This document shows positions 27,283 through 38,610 of a stretch of 64,000 bases of DNA, piece after piece. Origin of the DNA: Asterias amurensis (Eukaryota); assembly GCF_032118995.1 (NCBI RefSeq), contig NC_092661.1, forward strand, positions 19,526,621 to 19,590,620, written 5' to 3'. The translations under genes and the position numbers were made by a program. The notes under the pieces were generated by a model. It was not told the DNA's origin, searched no databases, and was given only the letters and a program-made list of their open reading frames with translations. Position 1 is the stretch's first letter; every line of letters begins with the position of its first letter.

Positions 27283-27400
27283 CATATTTGTACACGACCA
27301 AGAATGAATAAAAAGTAATTATGAGCTTCTTGAGTGAAGGGAGACGAGTTTACCAGGATTTGATATTGATGACTAGTGAATGATTATCGGATGTTAAAGT

Positions 27401-27475
27401 TTATCTTTTGCCAGAGACACGTGGCGCTTTGACCTTGGGCATCTGGGCTGCCTTTTGCTTCACTGGCTTGGCCGT
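27401..27475 (-). CDS. RPL24: ribosomal protein L24 (eL24), exon 5 with stop
   Basis: Minus-strand peptide TAKPVKQKAAQMPKVKAPRVSGKR* matches the eL24 C-terminus (…KIVKPVKVSAPRVGGKR). Acceptor tttcacAG. Confidence 0.8.
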   Translation of the reverse strand, partial: TAKPVKQKAAQMPKVKAPRVSGKR

Positions 27476-27854
27476 CTGTGAAAAAGAAAAGAAAGTATAG
27501 TGTCATAACAAGGAAAATCCAAACAAGCATAAAAATACAGGGTAACATTAACAGGAACAGTCAAAATAAGGAAACTATTGTAATGGAACATGTGCAACCA
27601 AGGGGAAATAAACCAACCCAACAAGCTCTGCCTATTAGTGCAATAAATCACTGCAAAACAAAAAGTGGTAAAAAGCATTTTATACTTGATCCCTCGTGCA
27701 AATTGTTACAATCTCTTTAAAAGTCCCAAACATTGCAAAATGCAAAGAAGTTTTTATGATTGCTGTCTTGTGCATTTTGTTTGTGACATGATGTAAATGT
27801 GTTCAACCCTAAAATGGTCACATGAATATACAATGTAGGCAGAGCTTTATGGAT

Positions 27855-27897
27855 AGGTTTATTGTTAGCGCTGTTAAGCACATGAATGGCACATGAA
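27855..27897. repeat. 11-mer tandem repeat (GCACATGAATG) x3.5
   Basis: CATGAATGGCACATGAATGGCACATGAATGGCACA. Confidence 0.8.
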
Positions 27898-28746
27898 TGG
27901 CACATGAATGGCACAAGCACCAAAATGGTTTTGATTATAAAGAACGGTTAACCAGCCAAAACGATTTTTTGTTTTTAAATGTGCAGTTTGTGACTGTCCC
28001 CTGCTTATTTATGCATAGTTGGCATTCTCCACTAAGCAGCAACGGATTGTTCCCCTTGACAAAAATGGGGGTTGTGCATGTGTTCAACAATTCAGGGCCA
28101 GTAACGTAGAGCTGCCTAAGCCCAAAGTGTCCAAGCACAACAAAATGATGCTTTACAGAAAAAAAATTACAGTAATTATTAGCCAAACATTATTCTACAT
28201 CTAAAATCTATTACTGGTATCGTGCTTATGTTTGCTTGGTACAATTTGTTCAAGTAATAGTTGATGCTTAGCAGCTCTTTGAAACTGTGCCCTGGATAAC
28301 CTTGGCTACCAAAGTAAGCTTATTCTAAAAGTTCATTGCTTTGAAGTGTGAAAGAAAAAATCCACACAGGTATTCAGAGTTCAAAAACACTCAAGACCTA
28401 CACAACAGTCCATTATTTTAAGGGATACTGTGCTAGCCCTGAGCTTGAGCAATTTAAGTCAAAATAATAAAAACGATAAAACAAAAACAGATGGATCTTC
28501 TGCACAAAAAAGCAGCTGTGATACTTCACTAAGCAACTGCCTCCATGCCCCTAACCATTGCCTAGGTGTAGGGGTATAAATTAACGGTGGCCTGTTGGCC
28601 CAGACAAGTGTATTCGCGCCACTGAAGTCACCAAAACTGTTAGCCCGGTGGAAAAGTGAACAAAAATGATCTTCCTCAAAATATCGCTGAATCCTTCTCA
28701 GCTTTCCAGCAAGCTACATGTCCGATGAGATTGTTATGGTTTGGAG

Positions 28747-29131
28747 TTAAAGGCAGTTGACACTATTGGTAATAACTCAAAATATTATTAGCATAAAACC
28801 TTTCTCGGTGACGAGTAATGGGGTGAGGTTGGTGGTATAAAACATTGTGAGAAACAGCTCTCTCTGAAGTGAGGTAGTTTTTGAGAAAGAAGTAGTTTTC
28901 CACGAATTTGATTTCAAGACCTCAGATTTAGAACTTGAGGTCTCAAAATCAACCATCTAAACGCACACAACTTCATGTGACTTGGGTGTTTTTTTCTTTC
29001 ATTTTTATCTCGCAAGTTCAACGACCGATTGAGCTCAAAGTTTCACAGGTTTGTTATTTTATGCATATGTTGAGATACACCAACTGTGAAGGCTAGTCTT
29101 ATACAATTACCAATAGTGTCCACTGCCTTTA
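28747..29131 (-). mobile_element. MITE family M1, full copy (in RPL24 intron 4)
   Basis: Same TIRs and central hairpin as the other M1 copies; inverted orientation. Confidence 0.8.
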
Positions 29132-29228
29132 ACCGTTACAAAAAAGTACCCCAAAGTGCCGCAAAATGCATAACCTGTTGCGATCATGGTGTACACAATT
29201 CTTTGAACCAACACTGCTTTGATCTTAC

Positions 29229-29286
29229 CTTCTGTTGTGATGCTTTCTTTGAAGCGCTATTTGCCTTCGCCTTCTCCTTGGCAGCT
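29229..29286 (-). CDS. RPL24: ribosomal protein L24, exon 4
   Basis: (K)AAKEKAKANSASKKASQQK. Acceptor cttcacAG, donor GTAAGA. Phase consistent with neighbouring exons. Confidence 0.75.
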
Positions 29287-31137
29287 CTGTGAAGTTAACA
29301 TTAGAAGAAAAACAAATCATTTTTAAAATGGTTCATCAGGAAATGTCTGGCAAATGAACACAATACAAATTAGACAATGGAACAATTTTAGAATTGTAGT
29401 CCATGTGGTGAGAAGTATCAGTTAATTTATGCACAACGTGTTAGCTAGCGAGCCGTGCACGCCGTGTTAGCACGGTCAGTTGGGCTGAAAACACGGGCAG
29501 AAATTTGATGCACGGCTTGGGTGAAGCCGTGCTGTTAAATAATTTCAGTGAAAATTACTGAACTTCTTTTATTATTTTGTTGTTGTTGAACAGTTTAAAA
29601 ACAGCAGTGAGTAAGATTAGATTTGGCTTTACCAGATTTCCTGCTTTTTGAATCAAAATTTCAATGACGCAACCATAAAACAATCACTCCAAGTTGCCTC
29701 GAAAACCCTGACCACATTGCGACTATACAAAACACAACGCACAAAACACACATTACACAACGCACGTGCAAATTACACGTCATCGACCGTCATCAGCAGG
29801 CAGCATGAACTCCATGCACGTGTGGTATGATAGAGGCAAATTCACACGCATTTTCGTTCCGATTATTTTAGGTACCAATCTCATCTCCACGATCCTACAA
29901 ACCATCGCGCTCTGGATTTTTCTACTATGACGTCAGTGAAACAGACTTGGCGGTGCGCGCTCGTTTTGTGGGCTACGCACATGTTTCTATTTTTTTTAGT
30001 GATTTTAGGTTGCACTCCCACTTTTTCAGTTTGCACTCCCACTTTCCAAATTCCTGGCTAAGACACTGTTTATGCATTAGGTTTAGTACCTAAAAAATTG
30101 ATGTCGGACTAGGCAGACCATTAGCCCAGGTTGGACTCCTCCGTTGCATGCAACGCAACGAAGTCCAGGGTATAAAGGTCCTGTACCATTGCGAAAAATG
30201 TTCAAAAATCTGTTAAAAATATTTCTACCTTAGTTGGGATTATGAACTTTTACTCACATGTTCCTTGTAGTTGGAACTCCAAGCCCGCATTATTTAAAAT
30301 TGTTGAATTGGTGTTAATATTTTGTGAAAAGAAAATTGAAATTGACATTTTCCCATTCCCACGTCGTGCACTAACTACCGTGTGCACTGATCACTGGCGG
30401 CGCCGTCAACCACCCACTAAGCAGATGGATAATAGTCAGCGAGCAATTTACACAAAGCGCATAACATAGTATACCGAGCATAGAAGTCTTGTGCCAAGAC
30501 GTCATGTGCTGGAAGCGTATCTTTTTCCCACGACAGACGAGGCTGTTAAATTGGCGCATGCTAAGTGGCCTCATCTGTCGTAGGAACAAAATATGTGCGT
30601 GCAGGAAAGCGCCCTTTGGTGTCCGTCCATATGACAAGGCGAGTTGATGGCACCTACCCAGTTGATGGCGAATAGCGGCACGACAACACACTGTACTCAA
30701 AGCCATGCGCACTTGGGCTCACACTTTGAACTTTGACATATTTTCGAAAAATAATTTCTTCCATGGATATATTTGTTAGCTGTAAACTCGTTGAAAATAT
30801 AGTGAGGGACACTATGAATATATAAACAGAATTTCAACTTCGCATTGTAAAGAACCTTTATACCCAGGACGTCAGTGCAGTGGCACTGACTGACATCCTA
30901 CCAGGGCTAAGCAGACCATTAACCACACTCAAGTTGGAAGGTACACACAAACAGCTTTGTCTATTTAGTATTTCAATAATTGCCAAGTCAGTCATTCATT
31001 TTATTACGCATTAATGAACAGAGTTGACTGCACCCCAGTAGTACACTACTACTAGGTCTCCTCCTCCATTAGACCTTTAACACCCAACAACCCACCACCA
31101 CTCCCCACCAACACCCCCTCAGTTCCTATGTACTTAC

Positions 31138-31385
31138 TTGATGGCTTGCTCCCTCTGAGCCTTGCGCACCTCAGGCTTCTGGTTTCTCTTCGCATTGATC
31201 TGCTCCAGGGAGACACCAACGATGGCACGATGAAACTTTGTGGCACGTCTTGTCCTCTTCTTGGACACCTCTTCTTGAGTTCCCTTCTTGTGTTTACGAC
31301 GGTAGAGGACCGTCCAGTTGATCTTCCTGGGGTTTTTCTTCATCATAAATGAAGCCAGGCATTTGTTGCTGACAAAGCTGAACAC
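31138..31385 (-). CDS. RPL24: ribosomal protein L24, exon 3
   Basis: [82 protein letters not shown] is about 75% identical to human RPL24 by recall. Donor GTAAGT. Confidence 0.9.
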
Positions 31386-31489
31386 CTGTTTTAGGAGACA
31401 GAGAAATGAAGGCAGGTCAGAGCACAAGTAGCTCTACATGTAACATGCTGAATGCTTAGTCCACTCTTTCGGCTGTGTGCAAAAAGTGT

Positions 31490-31612
31490 ACATACTGGTA
31501 CACTGTCAGGGTTCGAAATTAGCGGTCGCCCGATCGCAAAATGCGAGTGAAAATAGCGGTGGGCGACTGAAAACCCTCTCTCACTAGCCCGCCGGGCGAG
31601 TCAAATAGTTAT
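31490..31612. repeat. inverted repeat partner 1 (GC-rich ~110-bp element) in RPL24 intron 2
   Basis: CACTGTCAGGGTTCGAAATTAGCGGTCGCCCGATCGC...CACTAGCCCGCCGGGCGAGTCAAA is related to the reverse complement of 32375-32480. Confidence 0.5.
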
Positions 31613-32329
31613 TCCTTTTCACATATAAATGAGGGTTTAGTGGCAAAATCCCACAGAAAACTTTTACTAAAGCTTTTAAATTAGTAACTTTGACACTTCT
31701 AGATACTTGCTAGATTTAATTTTGCCGTGATCGGGACCGGAATTGGTGGCATTCGTTTCAGAAAACACGTACAATCAACTGAAAACACGATGCACAAACC
31801 ACATGGTGCCGAGTATCCTCACAGTACACGGTCGCCCACTGGTGGTACATCCATGCAGTATGTACAGCACATGCACAATGCACACAGTCGTCCAAAGTCC
31901 ATTCTGACCAAATCTCTGCACGCTGTGATTGGCCGTTGATGGCTGTTAATAATTCCATATTCATTACGTTCTTGACTAGACTTCAATGCAGTACATGTTC
32001 ACGAACGGAGTAAAGAATTGCCCCACGTTGTGCATAATGACTGTAGACTGTGCACAATGTACAGCCTTGGACAACCAATGACATGGACAACTTTTGCCAA
32101 CAGAGGGCGTTGCGAGGCAAAAGTTCATTGAATTATTTCTCGATGTGCATTGTTGACTGATCGTTTATTCATGAAGATTTTGTTGCAAATAGAATTCAAA
32201 ACATGTTCAAATCAACCGACCCCCTGACCACGAAGTCATTAAAGTTGTTGTTGATGGAAAAGGGATAGTTTAAGGTAAAAATTCAGATATAAAATCCTCA
32301 AAAAAGCAATTTTAAGGGCTTCACTTTCG

Positions 32330-32356
32330 TGAGTTTTTTTTTTTTTTTTTTTTTTT
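32330..32356. repeat. poly(T) tract, 24 nt
   Basis: Homopolymer in RPL24 intron 2; possibly the poly(A) tail of a - strand retroposon. Confidence 0.8.
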
Positions 32357-32374
32357 CGTTTTGAAAGTTTTGTG

Positions 32375-32480
32375 TATAATTACATGTGGGCTAGTGAAAA
32401 AACCTGCGGGCGATCGAGAATTTTGGTTGACTTGCCCGGCGGGCGATTGAAAAAAAAAGTTAAGGGAAACCCCTGACTGT
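32375..32480. repeat. inverted repeat partner 2
   Basis: GGGCTAGTGAAAAAACCTGCGGGCGATCGAGAATTTTGGTTGACTTGCCCGGCGGGCGATTGAAA...CCCCTGACTGTG. Confidence 0.5.
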
Positions 32481-33627
32481 GCGAGCTTCGTGGTTCCGTG
32501 TATGTTTTGTACACAAATCACGGATCAGACCCGCCCTCTCGTGACGCATTCTCGCAAAACGAGGTCGGGTAATTTTCAATTATTGTTGGCAGAGGAGTAA
32601 CACATACAGTAGATAGGGAATCTGAATATTACGGTAAGAATTTATCATGTTAACAATTTTTGAGATTGCGGAGTGGATTCTCTGGTTGAAAGCATACACA
32701 TTGATATATCAAAAGACACATAGAGCCTAATTTTGGCGAGATTAAAAAAAAAAAAAAGGAGAGATTTCTGATTCCAAAATTCATTGAACCATGGGTCGTT
32801 GAACGCGTGACAGATGACCCTCTATGAGGTTAAGGGAGAAGATAGCCGGACGAAACCAAAATAGTTCTAGGAGTACACGTGATCCATCTAGCGACTAAAG
32901 CAGAATGAAACTCAATCTAGCTGATAGTAATTTTGTTTTGAACTTTCGAGGTTGGATGATGTTTCTTTGACTCACTTGAAATTGAATGTTGGCATAATAA
33001 TGCACTAGTGATTAGTACCAAAAATCAATCATTTTATAAATGTTTGAGCATAACCAACGACAGGAAACTTTATTCTCAGCATGATTAAACCTGATGAAAA
33101 TAGAGACCGTGAGTAAACTGCATAGCTTCTGCCACCGGTGCAGCTTGCACAATTTCGCGGTAAACGGGAATCAAAGTTGGGGAACGAAAACATATTTTTA
33201 TGAGGGTCGATAATGTATGACGCTACGATATAGTCCGAGGTAAGGCAACATTTTATCCCAAAAATAATTACTTTCTTTGTGATATTGACTGTCTATAATT
33301 CATTGTTAAATCTGATCACTAGTCCGACATTTAATGGTCGAAATTGCACAGAACTGTCTCCATAACTGGTCGGTGGCTCGGTCGGTCTGTATAGTAATCT
33401 GTAGTAAGTAGCATTACGACGATCGAGTGGAGCGGGCTGAATACGATTATTGCAACTTTTAGAGTCGTTAGGGCATGAATTGTTCACTTAGGGAGCATTT
33501 GGCAAAGAAAAGCGGGGATAACTCAATTAAAAGACCCTTTACTATTATATTAATGTGTTTAAAAAATTACAAATAAGACTACGATAAAAAGAGTAAAACG
33601 GCAGTAGGACGACTGTTACTAGCTCAC

Positions 33628-33703
33628 CTTGCCATCGATTCTTGCGAACCGGATGCCATGTCCGGCATGAATTTTGTACCCACTGAAATGGCACAACTCC
33701 TGC
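33628..33703 (-). CDS. RPL24: ribosomal protein L24, exon 2
   Basis: (K)[25 protein letters not shown] corresponds to the eL24 N-terminus ([26 protein letters not shown]). Acceptor ttttAG, donor GTGAGC. Confidence 0.85.
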
Positions 33704-33838
33704 CTAAAATAAAAACAAAATACAAAGAAATGTCAAATTCAAGAACTGAAATTTGAACAGGTATTACGAGAAATATATATTTTCCCGGTTTTATGGTGAT
33801 GTGGTGAGATTGAATAAGATCGGATTCCAGATACTTAC

Positions 33839-33843
33839 TTCAT
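33839..33843 (-). CDS. RPL24: ribosomal protein L24, exon 1 coding part (ATGAA|gtaagt)
   Basis: ATG AA followed immediately by donor GTAAGT. A start codon split by an intron is typical of ribosomal protein genes. 5'UTR about 25 nt. Confidence 0.7.
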
Positions 33844-33870
33844 TTTGACGACTTTCTATGGAAAAGGCTG
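33844..33870 (-). promoter_or_regulatory. RPL24: RPL24 5'UTR with 5'TOP-like start (CCTTTTCC)
   Basis: Minus strand reads CCTTTTCCATAGAAAGTCGTCAAAATG. A C followed by a pyrimidine tract at the presumed TSS is the hallmark TOP motif of ribosomal protein mRNAs. Confidence 0.55.
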
Positions 33871-33889
33871 TAGGTCATCGTCCTGGCAT

Positions 33890-34170
33890 TAAACCTACAC
33901 AGGAGGGCGCTATGCCGATTTAACGGTGGCGATTTTATTTTTATGCAGAAAAATTAACGGTGGTGTTAAATACCGCCCTCATACGTTTGGACGTAAGTAT
34001 GTGACGTCACCATTCTGAAACGCAATGCATGACGGGACAATATCAAGGGTTAAAGGTCAATTGGTACTGCATAAACTTTAAATGTAAGAGGGGGCGCTAT
34101 TTAACCACACCGTTAAGTAAACTACCCTCAATTAGTCCATAGCGGGCGCTATTTAAGGACAACGTTACAG
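33890..34170 (-). promoter_or_regulatory. RPL24: RPL24 proximal promoter with three GGGCGCTAT...TTAA(C/G)G motif repeats and one TGACGTCA (CRE)
   Basis: Three spaced copies of GGGCGCTAT(G/T)..TTAAC/GG upstream of the TOP start, plus a palindromic TGACGTCA at about 34003-34010. Confidence 0.4.
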
Positions 34171-34179
34171 TATTTGTAG

Positions 34180-34222
34180 GGCGGGGGCGGGGGCGGGGGC
34201 GGGGGCGGGGGCGGGGGGGGGG
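34180..34222. repeat. (GGGGCG)n microsatellite followed by a G-run
   Basis: GGGCGGGGGCGGGGGCGGGGGCGGGGGCGGGGGCGGGGGGGGGG, about 340 bp upstream of the RPL24 start. Confidence 0.9.
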
Positions 34223-34261
34223 TGCTGGTGTATCCAGGTATAACAAGCGCAGAATGATAAA

Positions 34262-34320
34262 CTTGCAGGGTGTGACCATGGAGGAAGGTGTGACCATGCC
34301 TCCATGGTGTGACCATGGAG
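34262..34320. repeat. short tandem repeat GGTGTGACCATGGAGG x3
   Basis: Direct repetition visible. Confidence 0.7.
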
Positions 34321-35439
34321 GTAGACTGACGTCCGTCTGCTGATTGGTCCGCTCCTATGAGCACTCTTTCTCGAAAAAAAAAATGACAGAAGGCAGGAAT
34401 CAATTTCACTAGTACTATATTAATGTGTACCTTCTAGCCAACCTCGTTGGGCTGATGGTGCTCTTCTTTTCGGTCTTGCCTTGGAGCTACCTCAATGGGG
34501 GTAGATTCTACCTCCACATACAGGCAGAGTCCATGTTCTCACTATGGAGCTATCACAGAGCCATATAGAACAGCATAGACCCAGTAACTGGGGCGCTGTA
34601 CTCCTTTTCGAATTTTTACATTATCGGTCATATCGAAAATGTCAAAATTTTGAAAAAGGAATACAGCCCCCAGTTACTGGGTCTTATAACAGCACATTGT
34701 TGGAACAAGGTGGTGGGCCCATGACTTTTATTTCTAGCCCTGTTTAGGATAGGAGCAAAAAACTAAAAAGTGAGCACCTGCCAGGAGTAAAATTTAGCGG
34801 AATAAAGTTTATTGAAACAAAGTAATAAATCAAAGTGCTTTTAGACCCTCATTTTTAAGATTGTTTTATTTCAGAGTAAATACAAATATTTCCCAGCACT
34901 GAACTTTGTATGACATTTCAAAAAAGTGTATAAAATATTCCTTTAAAGGTTATTAAATAAAATTTACTTGGCAAGGTATAAAACATTATTTCAGATAAAA
35001 TAGTTAATAAAACAACTAACTATTTTTATGTCATTCTGAGACAAGATCATAAAACCTTGGTGCTATGCTTTTCACAGTAAATCAATCAATCTATATGCCT
35101 ACAATAGTAGAGTACAATCAATTAAGTTTCTTGCAGTAACACTATAAATCAAGATTACTTCTCCAATAGTCGATAGGCAAACTCCTTTCAGTTGTTATGT
35201 TGAGTGCAAACTTTAAACCTGCTCAAGGTCAAAGCGAGTTGTGGTGTTACTTCATTACGCTCACTGAACTTTAGTTTTTGACTGAAAACTCTTAAAGTTA
35301 CCTGGTAGTGGTATTTTTTCCAAATAAAGCTTTTGCCACTAATATATGTGTTTTGATGAGTGGAATGTGAATAAACAGTCAACTAAGGTTTTAAAAAATC
35401 AGTTCTTATGTTATTTACAAATTTAGGAGTAGACCCCCC

Positions 35440-35735
35440 GACCCAAGAGGGCGCTGTTCGTGACGTCATTCGAGGCAGACTTTGCCAGTAATGCGTAGAG
35501 TAAACACAATTGCAAAGTACATGTACGGACCAAGTCGTGAGTTTGTACGTTTAAAAAACTTTAAAAAATTGTTTTTTTCCAGCAATGCCGACCAGGTGTA
35601 TTGGTGCTGAATCTAGAAAAACACTTTTTGGAATGTACCAACTCACGACTTGGACGTACATGTACTTTGCACGTGTGTTTACTATACACATTGCAGGCAA
35701 AGTCTGCCTCGATTGACGTCACAAAAGGGGTAGGC
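35440..35735. repeat. palindrome C: about 90-bp inverted arms, each ending in TGACGTCA
   Basis: GTGACGTCATTCGAGGCAGACTTTGCC...GTCGTGAGTTTG is mirrored by CCAACTCACGAC...GGCAAAGTCTGCCTCGATTGACGTCAC. Confidence 0.7.
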
Positions 35736-35932
35736 GGAGTCAGCCCCAAAAAAACTTTATATATTTTTTAAACATAAATCGTGACAAACAATTACTGAAA
35801 AAATTGTTTTATTGTTCGTAAGCATATACCCTTATGTTTGAAAGAAAAAAAATTCTATTTCCAGGTGACTTTAATTTCTTTCAGTTATTTCAGAGTAAGA
35901 ATCATTATGTTACACTTCTCAACTAAATAATG

Positions 35933-36003
35933 AATAGATGTAAATTTGCATAGGGGATAAGGAATATTAATATGGTTAACCCATTTTACACTGATGTGTG
36001 AGA
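35933..36003 (-). mobile_element. SINE S1, tail fragment
   Basis: GATGTAAATTTGCATAGGGGATAAGGAATATTAAT matches the S1 tail. Confidence 0.4.
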
Positions 36004-36104
36004 TGAATGCCAAAGAATAAATAATGCTGTGATTTTTTACAAAATATTAATTTAAAAAAATAATTAATACTTTGTAAAAAACAAAAAACACAAAGAGTTG
36101 TTCC

Positions 36105-36322
36105 TTATTCTTTTACATTCATGTCATGTTTGAGTTTAGCCAAGGCCACCAGTCTTCCATCTCGCCATTGACGTCTCTCCTGCAGTTGATCAAGTGGAAA
36201 TCTTTCAGCACTTTCTGCAAAAATAGCATCACTGCCTTCTTCCTTGAAGGTTGGAGGTGGTCCAAATGATGAAGTGACTCTGTTGATAGTGGGACCGTAA
36301 CGTTCCATGTAATTGGATGTAC
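36105..36322 (-). CDS. CRYL1: lambda-crystallin / L-gulonate 3-dehydrogenase (CRYL1), exon 7 with stop
   Basis: (G)TSNYMERYGPTINRVTSSFGPPPTFKEEGSDAIFAESAERFPLDQLQERRQWRDGRLVALAKLKHDMNVKE* is co-linear with the human CRYL1 C-terminus (…REWRDECLKRLAKLKRQMQPQ). Confidence 0.75.
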
Positions 36323-36437
36323 CTAAACAAGATAAACATTCCACATTTTTAAAACAGAAAGTCTTGACACATTTAGTAGACTTCTATATCAAGGAGGCCC
36401 CAAATGACTATGTGGTGCTTTTGTTGATAATTCTTAC

Positions 36438-36543
36438 CCTCAGCATTGAGGTGAATGACTTCAAATGGTCCACAGAACGCATATCGCATTCCCAATCCAG
36501 CTGTGAAAACCTTGTCCACATCTTCTGATGACATTACACCATC
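36438..36543 (-). CDS. CRYL1: CRYL1, exon 6
   Basis: [36 protein letters not shown] matches human [30 protein letters not shown] (3-hydroxyacyl-CoA dehydrogenase C-terminal domain). Acceptor cccAG, donor GTAAGA. Confidence 0.85.
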
Positions 36544-36984
36544 CTGGGACAAAAAAGGTGGTATAAATGAAACAGAATGATGAGTGTCTTTCATTTCGAA
36601 ATAAATCATGAACCACAAAATGACTTGCAACAAAACTTAACTTTTCACTAAAGTACATGTAGTAAGTTTTCCTAAAGCTAAATAGGATCGATACACGTAC
36701 ATGTATAAATACAGCTGTATCAACACTTTTTGAAGAATAAAAGCAAAAGATAAATTCTAGGTTTCACATTACAAAATAATAACTTTTTCAATCATCACAC
36801 AAAAGCTGTAACCATTACAGCACTATGAATAAATTTCACAAAGAGATATGATTGATCTTTAGATGTACATCTATTGTAAATGCTTAGCAAAATGTGACAT
36901 CACGATACAAAACACTTAAGCATTTTGACAAATCATTTTACAATGAATCTTGGTGTTTTATGAAACCTAGCCCTAGATACTTAC

Positions 36985-37179
36985 AGCAACCAACCTCCAG
37001 GCTTCATTGATGAGGGCATACTGCATACGGTTTGCAGCAAACCCATCAATCTCTCTCTTGACCGTCACAGGAACCTGACCAACTTCCTCTAGTAGTGACC
37101 GGGTTCGTGACATAATGGACTGGTTAGTCCAAGAGTTGGGTATGATCTCCACAAGAGGGCAATAGTACGGTGGGTTACA
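36985..37179 (-). CDS. CRYL1: CRYL1, exon 5
   Basis: CNPPYYCPLVEIIPNSWTNQSIMSRTRSLLEEVGQVPVTVKREIDGFAANRMQYALINEAWRLVA matches human VNPPYYVPLVELVPHPETS...[23 protein letters not shown]. Donor GTAAGT. Confidence 0.85.
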
Positions 37180-37292
37180 CTGTAATCAAAGATATAAGAA
37201 AATAAACAAAACTTACAACAATCATGTTCCTTTATGACCAAAAGCTTATAAAGTACATGTAGTATCCCACATTCCTTGTCCATATTACTTAC

Positions 37293-37454
37293 TGGATGGG
37301 CCACAATGCATTGGTTGCGGCGTTTGAGTTGATCAGTGAATTTAGACGGCACTATACAGGATGTAGAACTACAAAGGACAGTAGAATCATCAGCGTACTG
37401 TTCCATCTGCATAAAGACTTTCCTCTTAAGATCTTCATTCTCTGGCACACATTC
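37293..37454 (-). CDS. CRYL1: CRYL1, exon 4
   Basis: ECVPENEDLKRKVFMQMEQYADDSTVLCSSTSCIVPSKFTDQLKRRNQCIVAHP matches human [54 protein letters not shown]. Donor GTAAGT. Confidence 0.85.
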
Positions 37455-37622
37455 CTGACAAGAAAAACAAGCAAAATCAACTCATATTATTGATAGGTAC
37501 ACATCATAATCAAAATAGTGTGCGAACCATCACTGTAAGAAATGTTTCCACATTAGAGTCAACATTGAATACTTGTTACGATTTCATGACAAAAACAAAT
37601 CCAAAGTACAATATGACCCAAC

Positions 37623-37775
37623 CTGTACATGCATGGCACCAGTGACTGCATCCTTCATCTCCATGGTAACACTGATTAGCGCCATCTGTTGCTCAGGAGA
37701 CAGTGAGCCTCTTAACAGACCAGACTTCTTTAGTTCCTCCAACTGCTTTTCAATGTCTTCGAGAGCATTAGTCAA
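37623..37775 (-). CDS. CRYL1: CRYL1, exon 3
   Basis: LTNALEDIEKQLEELKKSGLLRGSLSPEQQMALISVTMEMKDAVTGAMHVQ matches human [51 protein letters not shown]. The donor GTTGGG is weak. Confidence 0.75.
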
Positions 37776-37985
37776 CTGAAAGATAATCAACATTTTGAAC
37801 TTACTCAGAACAAGGCAATTGTTGAATCTAGTAAATTTAGCAAAGGAGGATCAAGGGATCACAGATAGTAAAAATTCCTGATCTTTTTTTGCCAACTTCT
37901 TATTTTTTTTTACTGAATTGAGTAAAGTTTGTTCATTCTTTTCGTTTTGATTGACAAGGAGAAAAGGAAACACAATTAAGCTTAC

Positions 37986-38067
37986 CTGTGATTGTTCAAT
38001 GTCATATATGGTGACACTGAAACCTGCGCCAGCAAAGATCAAGGCCCAACTCCTTCCAATCAGACCA
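37986..38067 (-). CDS. CRYL1: CRYL1, exon 2 (Rossmann GxGxxG)
   Basis: (S)[27 protein letters not shown] matches human [28 protein letters not shown]. Acceptor ttttttttacAG, donor GTAAGC. Confidence 0.85.
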
Positions 38068-38610
38068 CTGTAAAAAAAACAGAGGGAAAACATAATTCAG
38101 AAATGAAAAATGGTTGAACACGGCCCATGCATCACGGCCTTTCCCTGACTGATTCACTAGGCACCCCTAGTTGCGATAACGTAACCCTCCTCCCAATGGA
38201 GAAGCCGGCGGAGGAGGGTTACTGATAGCTCACAGCTCTCTCCTCCAGTAAAGTTGGGCTAAAATCATAGAGCTATATTAGCTCTTAGTAATAGTATATG
38301 GCTTCAGTTTCTACTCCTTTTTTAAGTCAGATTTTGTTGTTTTTTGTAATTTTTAATAATAATGAATATAATATCAGCAAATTTTTATCAAATTTAATCA
38401 ATTTTTTCATTTTTGTGCATTCATGCCTGCAGCTTTTCTTCTCTTTTTTAAGTCAGAGTTCGTTGTTTTTTGTAATTTTAAACAATATAATGAATTTAGA
38501 CACGCCAATTTATTTTAAGTCTTTTTAATTAACTTCTGTCGTGTATTTTGTGACATTTTTAATAAACCTTAGTTAGGGGGGCCTAATTGATAATGAATTG
38601 AATTGAATAC

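Noticed and set aside
29760-29800. A C/D box snoRNA, from the CTGATGA ... TGATGA motifs.
   Set aside because: No D box (CUGA) with a complementary terminal stem was found by eye. Left as a low-confidence candidate in the findings rather than a feature.
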